NCBI GenBank assembly: GCA_038046385.1
Contig: JBBSWH010000002.1
Coordinates: forward strand, 1 to 55,875
Direction: 5' to 3'
DNA: 55,875 bases
Source: Nanobdellota archaeon
GTDB lineage: Archaea; Nanobdellota; Nanobdellia; Woesearchaeales; GW2011-AR4
Part shown: one piece after another, positions 8,639 to 18,084 of the stretch
Layout of the letters: each line of letters starts with the position of its first letter
How positions within the stretch are numbered: position 1 is the stretch's first letter
Notes under the pieces: generated by a model
What the model saw: the letters and a program-made list of their open reading frames with translations, nothing else
What the model was told of the DNA's origin: nothing
The model's database searches: none
Position numbers and translations under genes: made by a program

Positions 8639-9592
8639 TTGAAAAGAAAAGTCATACAGATTGCGAATTCAACAATGCTTGTGTCTATTCCGAGGAAGTG
8701 GGCGCAGAAATACGGCGTAAAAAAGGGAGATGAGATTGAGGTTGAGGAAAACGGGAATAAGTTGGTTATAGGTGCTGATGCAGGGGTTGAATTAAAAAAT
8801 ATAGAAGTGGACATAACAGGACTGAATAGGACAATGATTATCTATTATATCCAAAATCTTTACAGATGCGGATATGACGAAATAAAAGTTATTTTTAATA
8901 GCCCCGTTGTGAAATATTTAAGAAAAAATGAAGAAGTTAGTGTTATAAGTATACTTCATAAAGAGGCAAACCGGCTTCTAGGTTACGAGATAATTCAGCA
9001 AAAAGATAATTTTGTGATTATAAGGGATATATCTACGAGTTCTATAAAAGAATTTGATACTGTTTTAAGGAGAATATTTTTATTAATAAATGATGTAAGT
9101 TCCGATTTGCTCAAGGGTATGTCAGAAAACAATAAGCCCCTTTTGCAGACAATAGAAGAAAAGCATGATTCAATAACAAAATTCATAAGTTACTGCCTTA
9201 GATTACTGAACAAGTATGGTTATCCTGACCACAGAAAAACATCCATGTTTTACCACATTCTCGCTACTTTAGACCGTTCTGTGGATGTGTTTAAATATGC
9301 TGCAAGAGATATCCTTGCATTAAAAAAGGGAGTTAGTCCAAAAACTGTTAATCTCTACAAGATGATAGATGAAGAAGTAAAGCTTTTGCATCAATTCTTT
9401 TTTAATTTTGACACTAAGAAAGTCGACGAGCTTTACACAAAAAGAAATGAATTTTTATCGAGTTTAAACGGTCAGAAATCTAAAATGTCTGCTGATGATA
9501 TTTTGCTGATAAGCAAGCTTTCGCTGGTTATGGAACTATTTTTAGAAATAGAAGTTTCAAGAATGGGTGTAGAAGGTCCAATCAGCGGGTGA
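8639..9592 (+). CDS. AbrB/MazE-type N-terminal DNA-binding domain + PhoU-like regulator
   Basis: KRKVIQI..VSIPRKWA..GVKKGDEI; helical PhoU-like C-terminus; TTG start after AGGTGG. Confidence 0.85.
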   Translation: MKRKVIQIANSTMLVSIPRKWAQKYGVKKGDEIEVEENGNKLVIGADAGVELKNIEVDITGLNRTMIIYYIQNLYRCGYDEIKVIFNSPVVKYLRKNEEVSVISILHKEANRLLGYEIIQQKDNFVIIRDISTSSIKEFDTVLRRIFLLINDVSSDLLKGMSENNKPLLQTIEEKHDSITKFISYCLRLLNKYGYPDHRKTSMFYHILATLDRSVDVFKYAARDILALKKGVSPKTVNLYKMIDEEVKLLHQFFFNFDTKKVDELYTKRNEFLSSLNGQKSKMSADDILLISKLSLVMELFLEIEVSRMGVEGPISG

Positions 9593-10910
9593 CTGCCTCT
9601 TCAAGCCTGCTGACTTCAACTGAGTCAAGGCCCCTTATCTGAACTGATCTAGGGTCAGCATTTCCTTGAGGATAGATGAATGCAATGTTAAGTGAAGGGT
9701 GCACGTCATCAACAAAATGGGTGTTTCCAAGAGAAAATATTGCAGCCTGTTTTAGCAAAGCGCCGTTAACTACACTTACTAATCCATAATTTGACACTGG
9801 TGTAAGATCTTGTCCTTGCACAAAGACTCTTTGGGTCGGCGATTCTCCTAGTTTCTCAATCATAAAGTCTATCATTATGTCTTCCAAAGGTTTGTGCCCA
9901 TTATTATGGCTGCTGTATGGGTCTTCAAGCCCTTTTAAAACCAAAGTATGCCTACCATTTGAGCTTACAAGTCTTACTGCTTCTACATTAGCAAGAGATG
10001 CTATTTCCGAATCATTAAGATAATTTCCAGCATCGATATATCTTCTAGTATGTTCCGAAAAATCCAGTTTCATTGGTTGTCTATCGTCAATCATTCTTGC
10101 TACGTTTGGCAAATCCTTTCCGAATAGTGTCATTATTTGCCTGTTTACATAGGCACTATGCACTTCAGCATAAGTTATTGGTTTAGTGACTATATCTTTT
10201 AACTTATCCACCATCCTTGCAATGCCCGTGGCATCTTCGATTATCTGTGCTCTGGTTTTTTGTTTTGAAGAATCATCAAGAAATAAATCGTCTGGAATCG
10301 GGGGATCCCTTACATACCACAAAAAAGCATAATCTTGCGTCCTTACTTTAAATTGCGCAAAATCTTGTGCATAAGTCTGCAGTCTGCGCATTTTTTCCGC
10401 TTCATCCATTTTAGATGCGTCAAGCCTCTTTCTTAATGCGTCCAGTCTAGTGTAAAGAAGCATAGGGATTGGACTAAATTCTGCCAGCGCTTCTTTTATT
10501 TTCATTGCTCCGTCATGGACTCCTGAAACGTATATCACATGATTGTCTGCAGGTACGGCGCTAAAGCCTTGATCTGGGAACTTCCTTAACGGCACATATG
10601 TCGTCCCGTGGTACTCATATTCTGCTCCAGATAGAACTAACCCTTTCTTTTTTAAACTGGCAAGCTTTTGTGGAGTTATTATCAGGCTATCTGGCCTTTC
10701 ATTGTCTCCTTCTTTTCTTGCACCGTCTGGCCTAAATTTAGCTTTTGGGCCATATACATATCCATGGTTTTCTGTTAAAATATCTGCTCTTGTAGATTTG
10801 CCTGTTCTGGTTGCTCCTCCCAATATAACTATATGATAGCCGGTAGTAGAAGGTCTAATAAGATTAGGAGAATACTCTGATGTATTATTTGAGTCAAGTG
10901 GACTTGTCAT
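9582..10910 (-). CDS. Divergent guanylate-kinase-like P-loop protein with long unknown C-terminal domain
   Basis: GATRTGKST Walker A; YEYHGTTY resembles the GK nucleotide-binding segment; LRKRL lid. Confidence 0.6.
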   Translation of the reverse strand: MTSPLDSNNTSEYSPNLIRPSTTGYHIVILGGATRTGKSTRADILTENHGYVYGPKAKFRPDGARKEGDNERPDSLIITPQKLASLKKKGLVLSGAEYEYHGTTYVPLRKFPDQGFSAVPADNHVIYVSGVHDGAMKIKEALAEFSPIPMLLYTRLDALRKRLDASKMDEAEKMRRLQTYAQDFAQFKVRTQDYAFLWYVRDPPIPDDLFLDDSSKQKTRAQIIEDATGIARMVDKLKDIVTKPITYAEVHSAYVNRQIMTLFGKDLPNVARMIDDRQPMKLDFSEHTRRYIDAGNYLNDSEIASLANVEAVRLVSSNGRHTLVLKGLEDPYSSHNNGHKPLEDIMIDFMIEKLGESPTQRVFVQGQDLTPVSNYGLVSVVNGALLKQAAIFSLGNTHFVDDVHPSLNIAFIYPQGNADPRSVQIRGLDSVEVSRLEEAVTR

Positions 10911-11096
10911 TCTTATTCGGTTTTAAATCTAGTTAATATTACTTCGACTACCCCCTTTTTTACTCTTCGTAGGTAACTACTATATTTAAATCTATCGTAT
11001 TTATATAAAATATATAAAAGGGCTGTAAAATTACCATAAATGGAATATATAACACTTAATCAAAAAGAATATAAACGCTCAAAATCACCAATTAAT

Positions 11097-12401
11097 ATGA
11101 AGATACTCCTCATAGGCAACGGAGCAAGGGAGCACGCTATTGCAGAAGCAATAACAAAAAATGCCGTCCTTTATTCGTACTTAAAATCCAAAAATCCCGG
11201 AATAATCGCATTGTCAAAAGGGTTTGAAACCGGCAGCTACAATGACATTGAAAAAATCAAAGCCTATGCAAAAAACATAAAGCCGGATTTTGTTTTTATC
11301 GGTCCGGAAGATCCTTTAAGCAGCGGAGTTGTTGATGCATTAAGCGGAATAGGGATTAAGGCGATAGGCCCAACTAAGAATCTTGCAAGGCTTGAAACTT
11401 CTAAGTCATTCACAAGAAATATTTTAAAAAAATACAAAATTGAAGGAAATCCAAAATTTGAAATTTTCAATAAATCAAATATAGGGAACGCAAAAAAATT
11501 CCTTGACAGCATAGAACAATGTGTCATCAAGCCAGATGGATTAACAGCTGGAAAAGGCGTAAAAGTCCAGGGAGATCATTTTTCAACAAAGCAGGAAGCT
11601 TTAGATTATTGCAATGAGATCCTGCAAACGCATCCTTCTGTTGTGATAGAAGAAAAGCTTGAAGGAGAAGAATTCTCGCTTCAGTGCTTAACAGACGGAA
11701 AAACTGTCATTGCGACTCCGCCAGTGCAAGATCACAAGAGGGCTTTTGCAGACGATAAAGGCCCAAACACAGGCGGAATGGGTTCATATTCATGCGAAGA
11801 CCATCTTTTGCCATTCTTAAAAAAAAGCGACGTAGAAGCTGGACTGGAAATAACAAGAAAAGTTACAGCTGCATTAAAAAAAGAAACAGGAGAATTGTAC
11901 AAGGGAGTGATGTACGCCGGATTGATTGTGACAAAAAAAGGAGTTAAATTAGTAGAATACAACGCAAGATTCGGTGACCCTGAAACAATGAACGTGCTTC
12001 CTATAATGGAAACAAGCTTTGCAGAAATTTGCGATGCAATTGCAAATGAAACATTAGACAAAATAAAAATCAAATTCCAAAACAGGGCAACTGTGTGCAA
12101 GTATATTGTGCCAGAAGGGTATCCGAGCAATCCTGTAAAGAATGAAAAAATAATAGTAAACAGCTTACCTAAAGGCGCAAAGCTGTACTACGCTTCTGTC
12201 GACCAAAAAAACGACGGATTGTATATGACCGGCTCAAGGGCAATCGGATGCCTGGGCATTGCAGGCAGTTTAGAAGAAGCTGAAAAAATTGCAGAGCAGG
12301 CAGCAAAAGCAGTAAAAGGAAAAGTATTCCACAGGGAAGACATCGGAACAAAAAAGATCATCCAAAAAAGGATAAGTCATATGAAGCAGATAACAGGATA
12401 A
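11097..12401 (+). CDS. purD: Phosphoribosylamine-glycine ligase
   Basis: MKILLIGNGAREHA, GPEDPL, GLTAGKGV, GPNTGGMG and EYNARFGDPE motifs. Confidence 0.96.
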   Translation: MKILLIGNGAREHAIAEAITKNAVLYSYLKSKNPGIIALSKGFETGSYNDIEKIKAYAKNIKPDFVFIGPEDPLSSGVVDALSGIGIKAIGPTKNLARLETSKSFTRNILKKYKIEGNPKFEIFNKSNIGNAKKFLDSIEQCVIKPDGLTAGKGVKVQGDHFSTKQEALDYCNEILQTHPSVVIEEKLEGEEFSLQCLTDGKTVIATPPVQDHKRAFADDKGPNTGGMGSYSCEDHLLPFLKKSDVEAGLEITRKVTAALKKETGELYKGVMYAGLIVTKKGVKLVEYNARFGDPETMNVLPIMETSFAEICDAIANETLDKIKIKFQNRATVCKYIVPEGYPSNPVKNEKIIVNSLPKGAKLYYASVDQKNDGLYMTGSRAIGCLGIAGSLEEAEKIAEQAAKAVKGKVFHREDIGTKKIIQKRISHMKQITG

Positions 12402-12443
12402 TTAATCAAAAACTTTATAAACAATAAATAAAGGAGTTATACA

Positions 12444-13187
12444 ATGCCAAAAAAGAGAGCAGTAAAAAAAGCTAAAGTTCATTCTAAGAAGGTTTCCAAA
12501 AAACATTCAAAAGCTTCAAAAAAAACTCCTGAGCCTGTCCAAAAGATGGAGCACGAACCGGTTCACATTCCGTTAAATGATGCATTGAGGGACCTTGAAA
12601 AGATTTCTGATGGAAAGAAAATGGAGCAGCGTGTTGAAAACATAGAAAAAAAAGAGAGTAAGATGCAGAAAAACGAGATAGAAATAATGAAAGAAGAGGC
12701 AAAGATAGAGAAAGAAACAGAAAAAATAGAGAAAGAGACTGAGAGAATAGAAAAAGTAGAGAAACAGATAAAAAAATCAGTCACAGTAAAGCCATTGAGC
12801 ATTTTCACGATGAAGGATCTAAACAAGGCAATTGTCGGCGCTTTTGTCGGAATTGTGGCGCATTACGCATTTGTATACGGAAAAGAGATTGCAAAGAATA
12901 TCTCCATGACACGCGCAAGTTTCCTTATTATATTCTCTTACATACTGATAATAATTTTAATGTATGAGACCGGCTACAGGGAAGTCAAGGAAAAAAGATT
13001 TCTGGGGATACTCCCAAAAAGGGCAACCGCAATCTACCTGACATCAATCATAGTCATAATAATTGTATTCTTCCTTTTCAACCAGCTTAACCTTAATGAC
13101 CTGCCTGGGCTTTACAAGGAGATATCTGTAACATTGGTTCTAGCTTCAGTAGGCGCAGGCAGCGCTGACTTGATTGGGAAAGATTAG
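12444..13187 (+). CDS. Membrane protein with K/E-rich coiled-coil N-terminus (possibly DUF2391-like)
   Basis: Repetitive EKETEKIE coil, then four TM segments. Confidence 0.75.
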   Translation: MPKKRAVKKAKVHSKKVSKKHSKASKKTPEPVQKMEHEPVHIPLNDALRDLEKISDGKKMEQRVENIEKKESKMQKNEIEIMKEEAKIEKETEKIEKETERIEKVEKQIKKSVTVKPLSIFTMKDLNKAIVGAFVGIVAHYAFVYGKEIAKNISMTRASFLIIFSYILIIILMYETGYREVKEKRFLGILPKRATAIYLTSIIVIIIVFFLFNQLNLNDLPGLYKEISVTLVLASVGAGSADLIGKD

Positions 13188-13263
13188 ACATTAAATTCTT
13201 AGTTAATTTGATCTGCACATTCTGAATCGTAATATTTATATTGTTGTAGAAATCTTTTTTGTT

Positions 13264-14025
13264 ATGAACCCTAAAACTGTTGATGGTTTAAGAAAGCAAT
13301 ATGCCAGTTCACTTCCTTCTTTTTATAACAACCTTTCTGATAATGAGATATCGGCACATCCTTGTTTTAATTGCCTATATGAGACAGAAAAAACTGTTTT
13401 GAATGGTGATTGGAAAAAACTACCTGCCCCAATTCGATATTGGTATGAGATGTGTGATGCAGAAAGTAAATTTTTAAGTAAATTCCTCTCAAAAAACAAG
13501 CCTAAAACAATTCTGGAAGTTGGTTGCGGAAGTGGCAGGATTATCAGAATTATATTAGAAATAGATTATGCAAAAAAAATTTATGCTGTTGATAAAGATT
13601 CTAAAATGGTAAATCTTACGAAACCGTTATTCAAGAGTCAAACCGACGTGCATATAGAAAATGATTATGTGGAAAAATTCTTACAAAAGCATCAAAAATT
13701 TGATTTAATAATTTGTATGATGAACACATTAGGCAATATAGACAGCCAAAAAACTTTTGAAAGTATTGTCACCAGTGCAAATCACGTGCTTTTTACAGTG
13801 TATGATAAAAAATATTATCATTTAAGACAAAAAATATATATTTCCAAGGGACATAAAGATTTTTCCATTAAAAATCAGGCATATCTATTTAATGATTCCT
13901 GGATAAGAGGCTTAAAATCTAGAAGTTATACAAAAGAAGAATTAACTGAATTATGTAAAAAAACCAATAAAGAGTTTACGATAAAAAAGATTTCTAAACT
14001 AGCATACCTAGTCCATATACATTAA
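13264..14025 (+). CDS. Class I SAM-dependent methyltransferase
   Basis: ILEVGCGSGR motif I; FDLIICMMNTLG. Confidence 0.85.
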   Translation: MNPKTVDGLRKQYASSLPSFYNNLSDNEISAHPCFNCLYETEKTVLNGDWKKLPAPIRYWYEMCDAESKFLSKFLSKNKPKTILEVGCGSGRIIRIILEIDYAKKIYAVDKDSKMVNLTKPLFKSQTDVHIENDYVEKFLQKHQKFDLIICMMNTLGNIDSQKTFESIVTSANHVLFTVYDKKYYHLRQKIYISKGHKDFSIKNQAYLFNDSWIRGLKSRSYTKEELTELCKKTNKEFTIKKISKLAYLVHIH

Positions 14026-14183
14026 CGCGCAATTCCAGCTCTTCGCTCATTCATTCCAAATTCTCAGCCCATTTTATAATTAAAGTTTTGTGAGAAGGGC
14101 TTCATTTATCAGCATATGTTGGTGGGGCTTTAATACCCTTATAAGTAGAAAAGCTTTTATTCATTCTTTGCAATTCTGCCATT

Positions 14184-14738
14184 ATGAAGAAGGAAATACG
14201 TGATTCTATGCTTGAGAAAAGAAACTCTTTGTCAAAAGAAGAACTTCTTGAAAAAAGCAAAAAAATTGAAGAGAATGTCCTGAAGCTGGAACATTACATA
14301 AAAGCAAAGAGTGTTATGTATTTTGTTTCGTTCAACAGCGAAGTTCACACACACGATATTATAAAAAACGCGCTTGGAAACAAAACAGTAATTGTTCCAA
14401 AAGTGGAAAACCAGGAGATTGAGCCTTCTATGATAATTGACTTTGACAGTTTAGTCCCTTCCGGCAAATATGGCATTCTTGAGCCAACAGACACAATGCA
14501 CATAGCAAATAAGAATATAGACTTAATTTTTGTTGCAGGGCTTGCATTCGACAGGGAAGGCTACAGGATAGGCTACGGCGTTGGCTATTATGACAAATTC
14601 CTGAAAAAAGTGCCGAAAGCACTGAAAATAGGATTGGCTTTTGATTTCCAAATTGTTGACAAATTGCCAAGAGAGGCGCATGATTTCCCTGTCGATATGA
14701 TTGTGACAGACAAAGAGATCATTAAGTGCAAAAGATGA
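14184..14738 (+). CDS. 5-formyltetrahydrofolate cyclo-ligase
   Basis: GILEP, GLAFD..GYRIGYGVGYYDKFL and EAHDFPVDMIVT motifs. Confidence 0.93.
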   Translation: MKKEIRDSMLEKRNSLSKEELLEKSKKIEENVLKLEHYIKAKSVMYFVSFNSEVHTHDIIKNALGNKTVIVPKVENQEIEPSMIIDFDSLVPSGKYGILEPTDTMHIANKNIDLIFVAGLAFDREGYRIGYGVGYYDKFLKKVPKALKIGLAFDFQIVDKLPREAHDFPVDMIVTDKEIIKCKR

Positions 14739-15454
14739 AAAATCAAATTCTCTATAAGGAACTTGCAAAATATTATGATTTGATTTATTCTTCAAAAGAC
14801 TATCAAAGAGAAGCAGAAATTGTAAAAGATATTGTTTCAAAGTATAAAAAATCCAAAGGCAAAACTTTGCTCGAGGTTGGGTGCGGAACAGCCAGGCATT
14901 TGAAGCACTTAAAAGAAATTTTTGACTGCACCGGCATCGATTTAAATGAAGAAATGCTGAGAATAGCCAAGAAGAATGTCAAAGGAATTAAATTTCTAAA
15001 AGCAGACATGGCTTCCTTTAATCTAAATAAAAAATTTGACGTTATAATCTGTTTGTTTAGTTCAATAGGGTACGTTAAAAACTACAGCAATCTAAAGAAA
15101 ACGATCAACAATTTTTTTAAGCACTTGGAAAAGGGAGGCGTGCTTATCATTGAGCCTTGGCTTAAAAGAAGCGACTTTAAAGTTGGAACGCCGCATATGG
15201 CCACTTATAGCGACGAAAATATAAAGATTGTAAGGATGGATATTTCAAAAATAAGGGGAAATATTTCAATTCTGGATATGCGCTACCTGATTGCAGAAAA
15301 AGGAAAAGAAATAAAGCAATTTTCCGATAGGCATGAGATGGGATTGTTTGAAGTTGATAAAACGACCAGCATAATGAAAAAAGCAGGATTTAAGGTTCTA
15401 TTTCTTGAAGACAGCCTGATGGAAGAAAGAGGGCTTTTTATAGCGACAAAATAA
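14735..15454 (+). CDS. Class I SAM-dependent methyltransferase
   Basis: AKYYDLIY, LLEVGCGTA, FDVIICLFSSIGY. Confidence 0.9.
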   Translation: MKNQILYKELAKYYDLIYSSKDYQREAEIVKDIVSKYKKSKGKTLLEVGCGTARHLKHLKEIFDCTGIDLNEEMLRIAKKNVKGIKFLKADMASFNLNKKFDVIICLFSSIGYVKNYSNLKKTINNFFKHLEKGGVLIIEPWLKRSDFKVGTPHMATYSDENIKIVRMDISKIRGNISILDMRYLIAEKGKEIKQFSDRHEMGLFEVDKTTSIMKKAGFKVLFLEDSLMEERGLFIATK

Positions 15455-15458
15455 GAAA

Positions 15459-15530
15459 TGCGCGAGCCGGGATTCGAACCCGGGTGGGAGCCTTGGCAAG
15501 GCCCAATCATAGCCACTAGATCACTCGCGC
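15459..15530 (-). tRNA. tRNA-Gly(GCC)
   Basis: GCGCGAG acceptor stem, GGGCC-TT-GCC-AA-GGCTC anticodon arm, GGTTCGAATCC T arm. Confidence 0.95.
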
Positions 15531-15547
15531 AAATGTAATAAATATAA

Positions 15548-15722
15548 TGGGCCCGACCAGACTTTCAACGACTCTGTCGTTGTAAGCTACGAACGACAGT
15601 GAGTCTGTTTGAACTGGTGACATTCACCTTTCAAAGATTGCTCTTGTAAGGGTGACATCATTTCCCGCCGGCAAACTCAGCAAATTCTGAATTTGCGTGG
15701 TACCGGACTAGATCACGGGCCC
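15548..15722 (-). tRNA. tRNA-Val(UAC) with three introns (about 15661-15700 D-loop, 15630-15644 anticodon loop, 15562-15607 T-loop)
   Basis: Removing 40+15+46 nt gives a 74-nt cloverleaf GGGCCCG..TCACC-CT-TAC-AA-GGTGA..ACCAG-TTCAAAT-CTGGT-CGGGCCCA. Confidence 0.85.
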
Positions 15723-15848
15723 TTGAGTGTTTCGTATTTAAAGATGCTATAAAAAGGTTTTGAAATTTTAAGATTTTAAAACATAGCAGATTCCCTGAAT
15801 TTGCGCTGGTTTTGATGTAAAAGAAGTGCAGTCTAAAGCTGGTAATTT

Positions 15849-16127
15849 TTAGCCATTAGACAAGTATAATAAATGATTGACTATATTAACATAAATGCCT
15901 AACTTTACTGAATCTGTTGCAAAAGCTCTGCTAAGGTAAGAAGTTTTATTGTAAGAATCCCATGTTTCTTCAGGAAGTCTCTTCAGATACCTAAATATAT
16001 AGAAAGAAGGGTCAAACACTAGCCTAAATTCATTAGCATTTGATAAAGGTTGAGAGGTACCTTCAACTCCACGCTCTAAAGAAGTATCACTAGAGCTTGG
16101 AGCGGTAATTTTTTTTGTTAAACTCAT
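15849..16127 (-). CDS. Hypothetical protein
   Basis: 92-aa ORF with TATA-like TTTATATT about 25 bp upstream. Confidence 0.55.
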   Translation of the reverse strand: MSLTKKITAPSSSDTSLERGVEGTSQPLSNANEFRLVFDPSFYIFRYLKRLPEETWDSYNKTSYLSRAFATDSVKLGIYVNIVNHLLYLSNG

Positions 16128-16185
16128 TAGAAGTGGGCAAAATCAGTTTAATATAAAGTTTTTGTTTGATTTAACTGGTAAATCT

Positions 16186-16686
16186 TCAAAAGAAAAAACG
16201 ATAAACAAACGAAACAAAAGGGTCTGCATCAGGGCCATAAACAATAGCCCCCCCTAAAGCGCCGGTTATCGAGATGCAAACTAAACCAGCAAGCGCAAGC
16301 AAAAAGGAGATATATCTATTGAGTAATATGTTTTTCAGCTTTGTGATATATCCAAATATAGCATTGTTTTTCAGCAAAGGCTGCTTTTCTGCAAGAGCGA
16401 TTAAATAAGCAAGTGCCAATGCTCCAAATATGTAGGTTGTCGATATTGCAAATGCCTTGTGGGTCTCTATAACATTCTCAAGAGATCCCCCTTCATAGTT
16501 ATCCTCCGCCATATCTCCTGTCTGCAGCGCTGCAAAAGCGCCAAGAATCCCGATTATAAGGAAAAAGAATTTGACATAAAACCAATATTCCTTCTGCACC
16601 AGCTTTTTGAAGGAAAAAATCTCCATCAGCGAATATACTGTAAGCAGCGCAATCGGAAAATGAACAAATATCGGATGTAAATCCAT
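16186..16686 (-). CDS. DUF2231-like membrane protein
   Basis: LHPIFVHFPIALL, conserved His, TGALGGAIVYG. Confidence 0.85.
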   Translation of the reverse strand: MDLHPIFVHFPIALLTVYSLMEIFSFKKLVQKEYWFYVKFFFLIIGILGAFAALQTGDMAEDNYEGGSLENVIETHKAFAISTTYIFGALALAYLIALAEKQPLLKNNAIFGYITKLKNILLNRYISFLLALAGLVCISITGALGGAIVYGPDADPFVSFVYRFFF

Positions 16687-16729
16687 AGCAGAAGAAAGGC
16701 ATAAAGGGTATATAAATTTAAGTTTTTAA

Positions 16730-17026
16730 TTATACAGTTACCAGCAGCTTTGAATTTCCGCAGTAGAAGTAGCTTCTCACATTCTTAAAATGAAGATATT
16801 TTTTTATCCTGTTCAGCTGCTTTGTTGCCTTGAGAATTCTATAAGAGCATTTTACTTCATAGATGTCGTATCTGTCGCCTTTCTGAGCGATTATGTCAAT
16901 TTCTCCAAGAGAGCGTTTATGGTGCTTTACGGGAACATTCAAAGATATAGAATCATAGTTGTCGCGGATTTTGCTGGATAGTTCGAGAACGTACCTGTCA
17001 TGTTTTGAAACTTTTGGAGGTTTCAT
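16730..17026 (-). CDS. Small PD-(D/E)XK nuclease-fold protein (YraN-like)
   Basis: GEIDIIA..YEVKC..KATKQL. Confidence 0.7.
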   Translation of the reverse strand: MKPPKVSKHDRYVLELSSKIRDNYDSISLNVPVKHHKRSLGEIDIIAQKGDRYDIYEVKCSYRILKATKQLNRIKKYLHFKNVRSYFYCGNSKLLVTV

Positions 17027-17185
17027 CAGGCAATAATTTCTCTGATTCACTAATATTTAAAGCTTTTGATTTCATGAGTTCTGTAGAAAATGAAGCTGCC
17101 ATCAAAATGCGAGCATCATAAATTATTCCATCCAGCAAAAAGGAAGTTCCATTGGGAATTTTTGCTATTAGTAGTGGTGGATAAT

Positions 17186-17214
17186 GCGAGCGATGGCAGC
17201 CGAGCAAAGCGAGA
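17186..17214. repeat. GCGAGC/GAGCAAAGCGAG mini-hairpin module
   Basis: Same module type as 35-49 and the 25.5/35.6/42.4/43.8 kb elements. Confidence 0.4.
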
Positions 17215-17273
17215 TTTTCTACAGAACAATAATCCACAATAAATTTATATACAACAAATCCAAAAAACGCCAT

Positions 17274-18029
17274 ATGGAAGCCCACGAAAAAATATTCAAT
17301 GTAATTTTCTCAAAAGCAGATGAAGTGACGTGGCAGAGCATCATCTATGAGCTGGTCAAGAGCGAGCAGATGGACCCGTGGGATATTGACATAAGCCTTC
17401 TGACGCAAAAGTACATAGAAATACTAAGAAGCCTTAAAGAGCATGACTTTAGAGTATCCGGCAAAGTTCTTTTGGCAGCAGCCATTCTTCTGAAAATAAA
17501 ATCCACTAAGCTTGTCGGCGAGGAATTAAACGAATTAGACAGGCTTCTTGTCGGAGTTGAAGAGCGGATGGACGAGTTGGGATTTGAGGAAAACGCAGGC
17601 ATTGAGAAGCTGGGCGAAATACCTTCATTGATACCAAGAACGCCGCAGCCAAGGAAAAGAAAAGTCTCAATTTTTGATCTTGTCGACGCGCTTGAAAGGG
17701 CATTGGAAGTCAAAAAAAGAAGGTTACTCCATTCAATTCCTCCTTTAAACCTGGAAGCGCCGAAGAAAAAGAAAGATATAACCGAAATCATAAGGGAAGT
17801 TTACGGGCGCATAAGGCTTTTTTTCATCAACACAGTAAAAGAAAAATTGACTTTCCAGAAACTGCTGCCCTCAGAGTCAAGAGAGGACAAAGTCCATACG
17901 TTCATTCCATTGCTTCATCTTGCCCAGCAAAACAGGATTGAGCTGATACAAGATACTCCTTTTGGTGAAATACAGGTTTTGCTGAAGAAGAAGGAAGAGC
18001 CAAAGGCAGAAGAAACCACAGCGTCATAA
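17274..18029 (+). CDS. scpA: Segregation/condensation protein A (kleisin)
   Basis: MDPWDIDIS, SGKVLLAAAILLKIKS, TFIPLLHLA, FGEI. Confidence 0.92.
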   Translation: MEAHEKIFNVIFSKADEVTWQSIIYELVKSEQMDPWDIDISLLTQKYIEILRSLKEHDFRVSGKVLLAAAILLKIKSTKLVGEELNELDRLLVGVEERMDELGFEENAGIEKLGEIPSLIPRTPQPRKRKVSIFDLVDALERALEVKKRRLLHSIPPLNLEAPKKKKDITEIIREVYGRIRLFFINTVKEKLTFQKLLPSESREDKVHTFIPLLHLAQQNRIELIQDTPFGEIQVLLKKKEEPKAEETTAS

Positions 18030-18084
18030 ACCCAAATCTTTTTAAAGCACTTCTCATTCTAAAAGCGATATAACTGGGGGTTTT

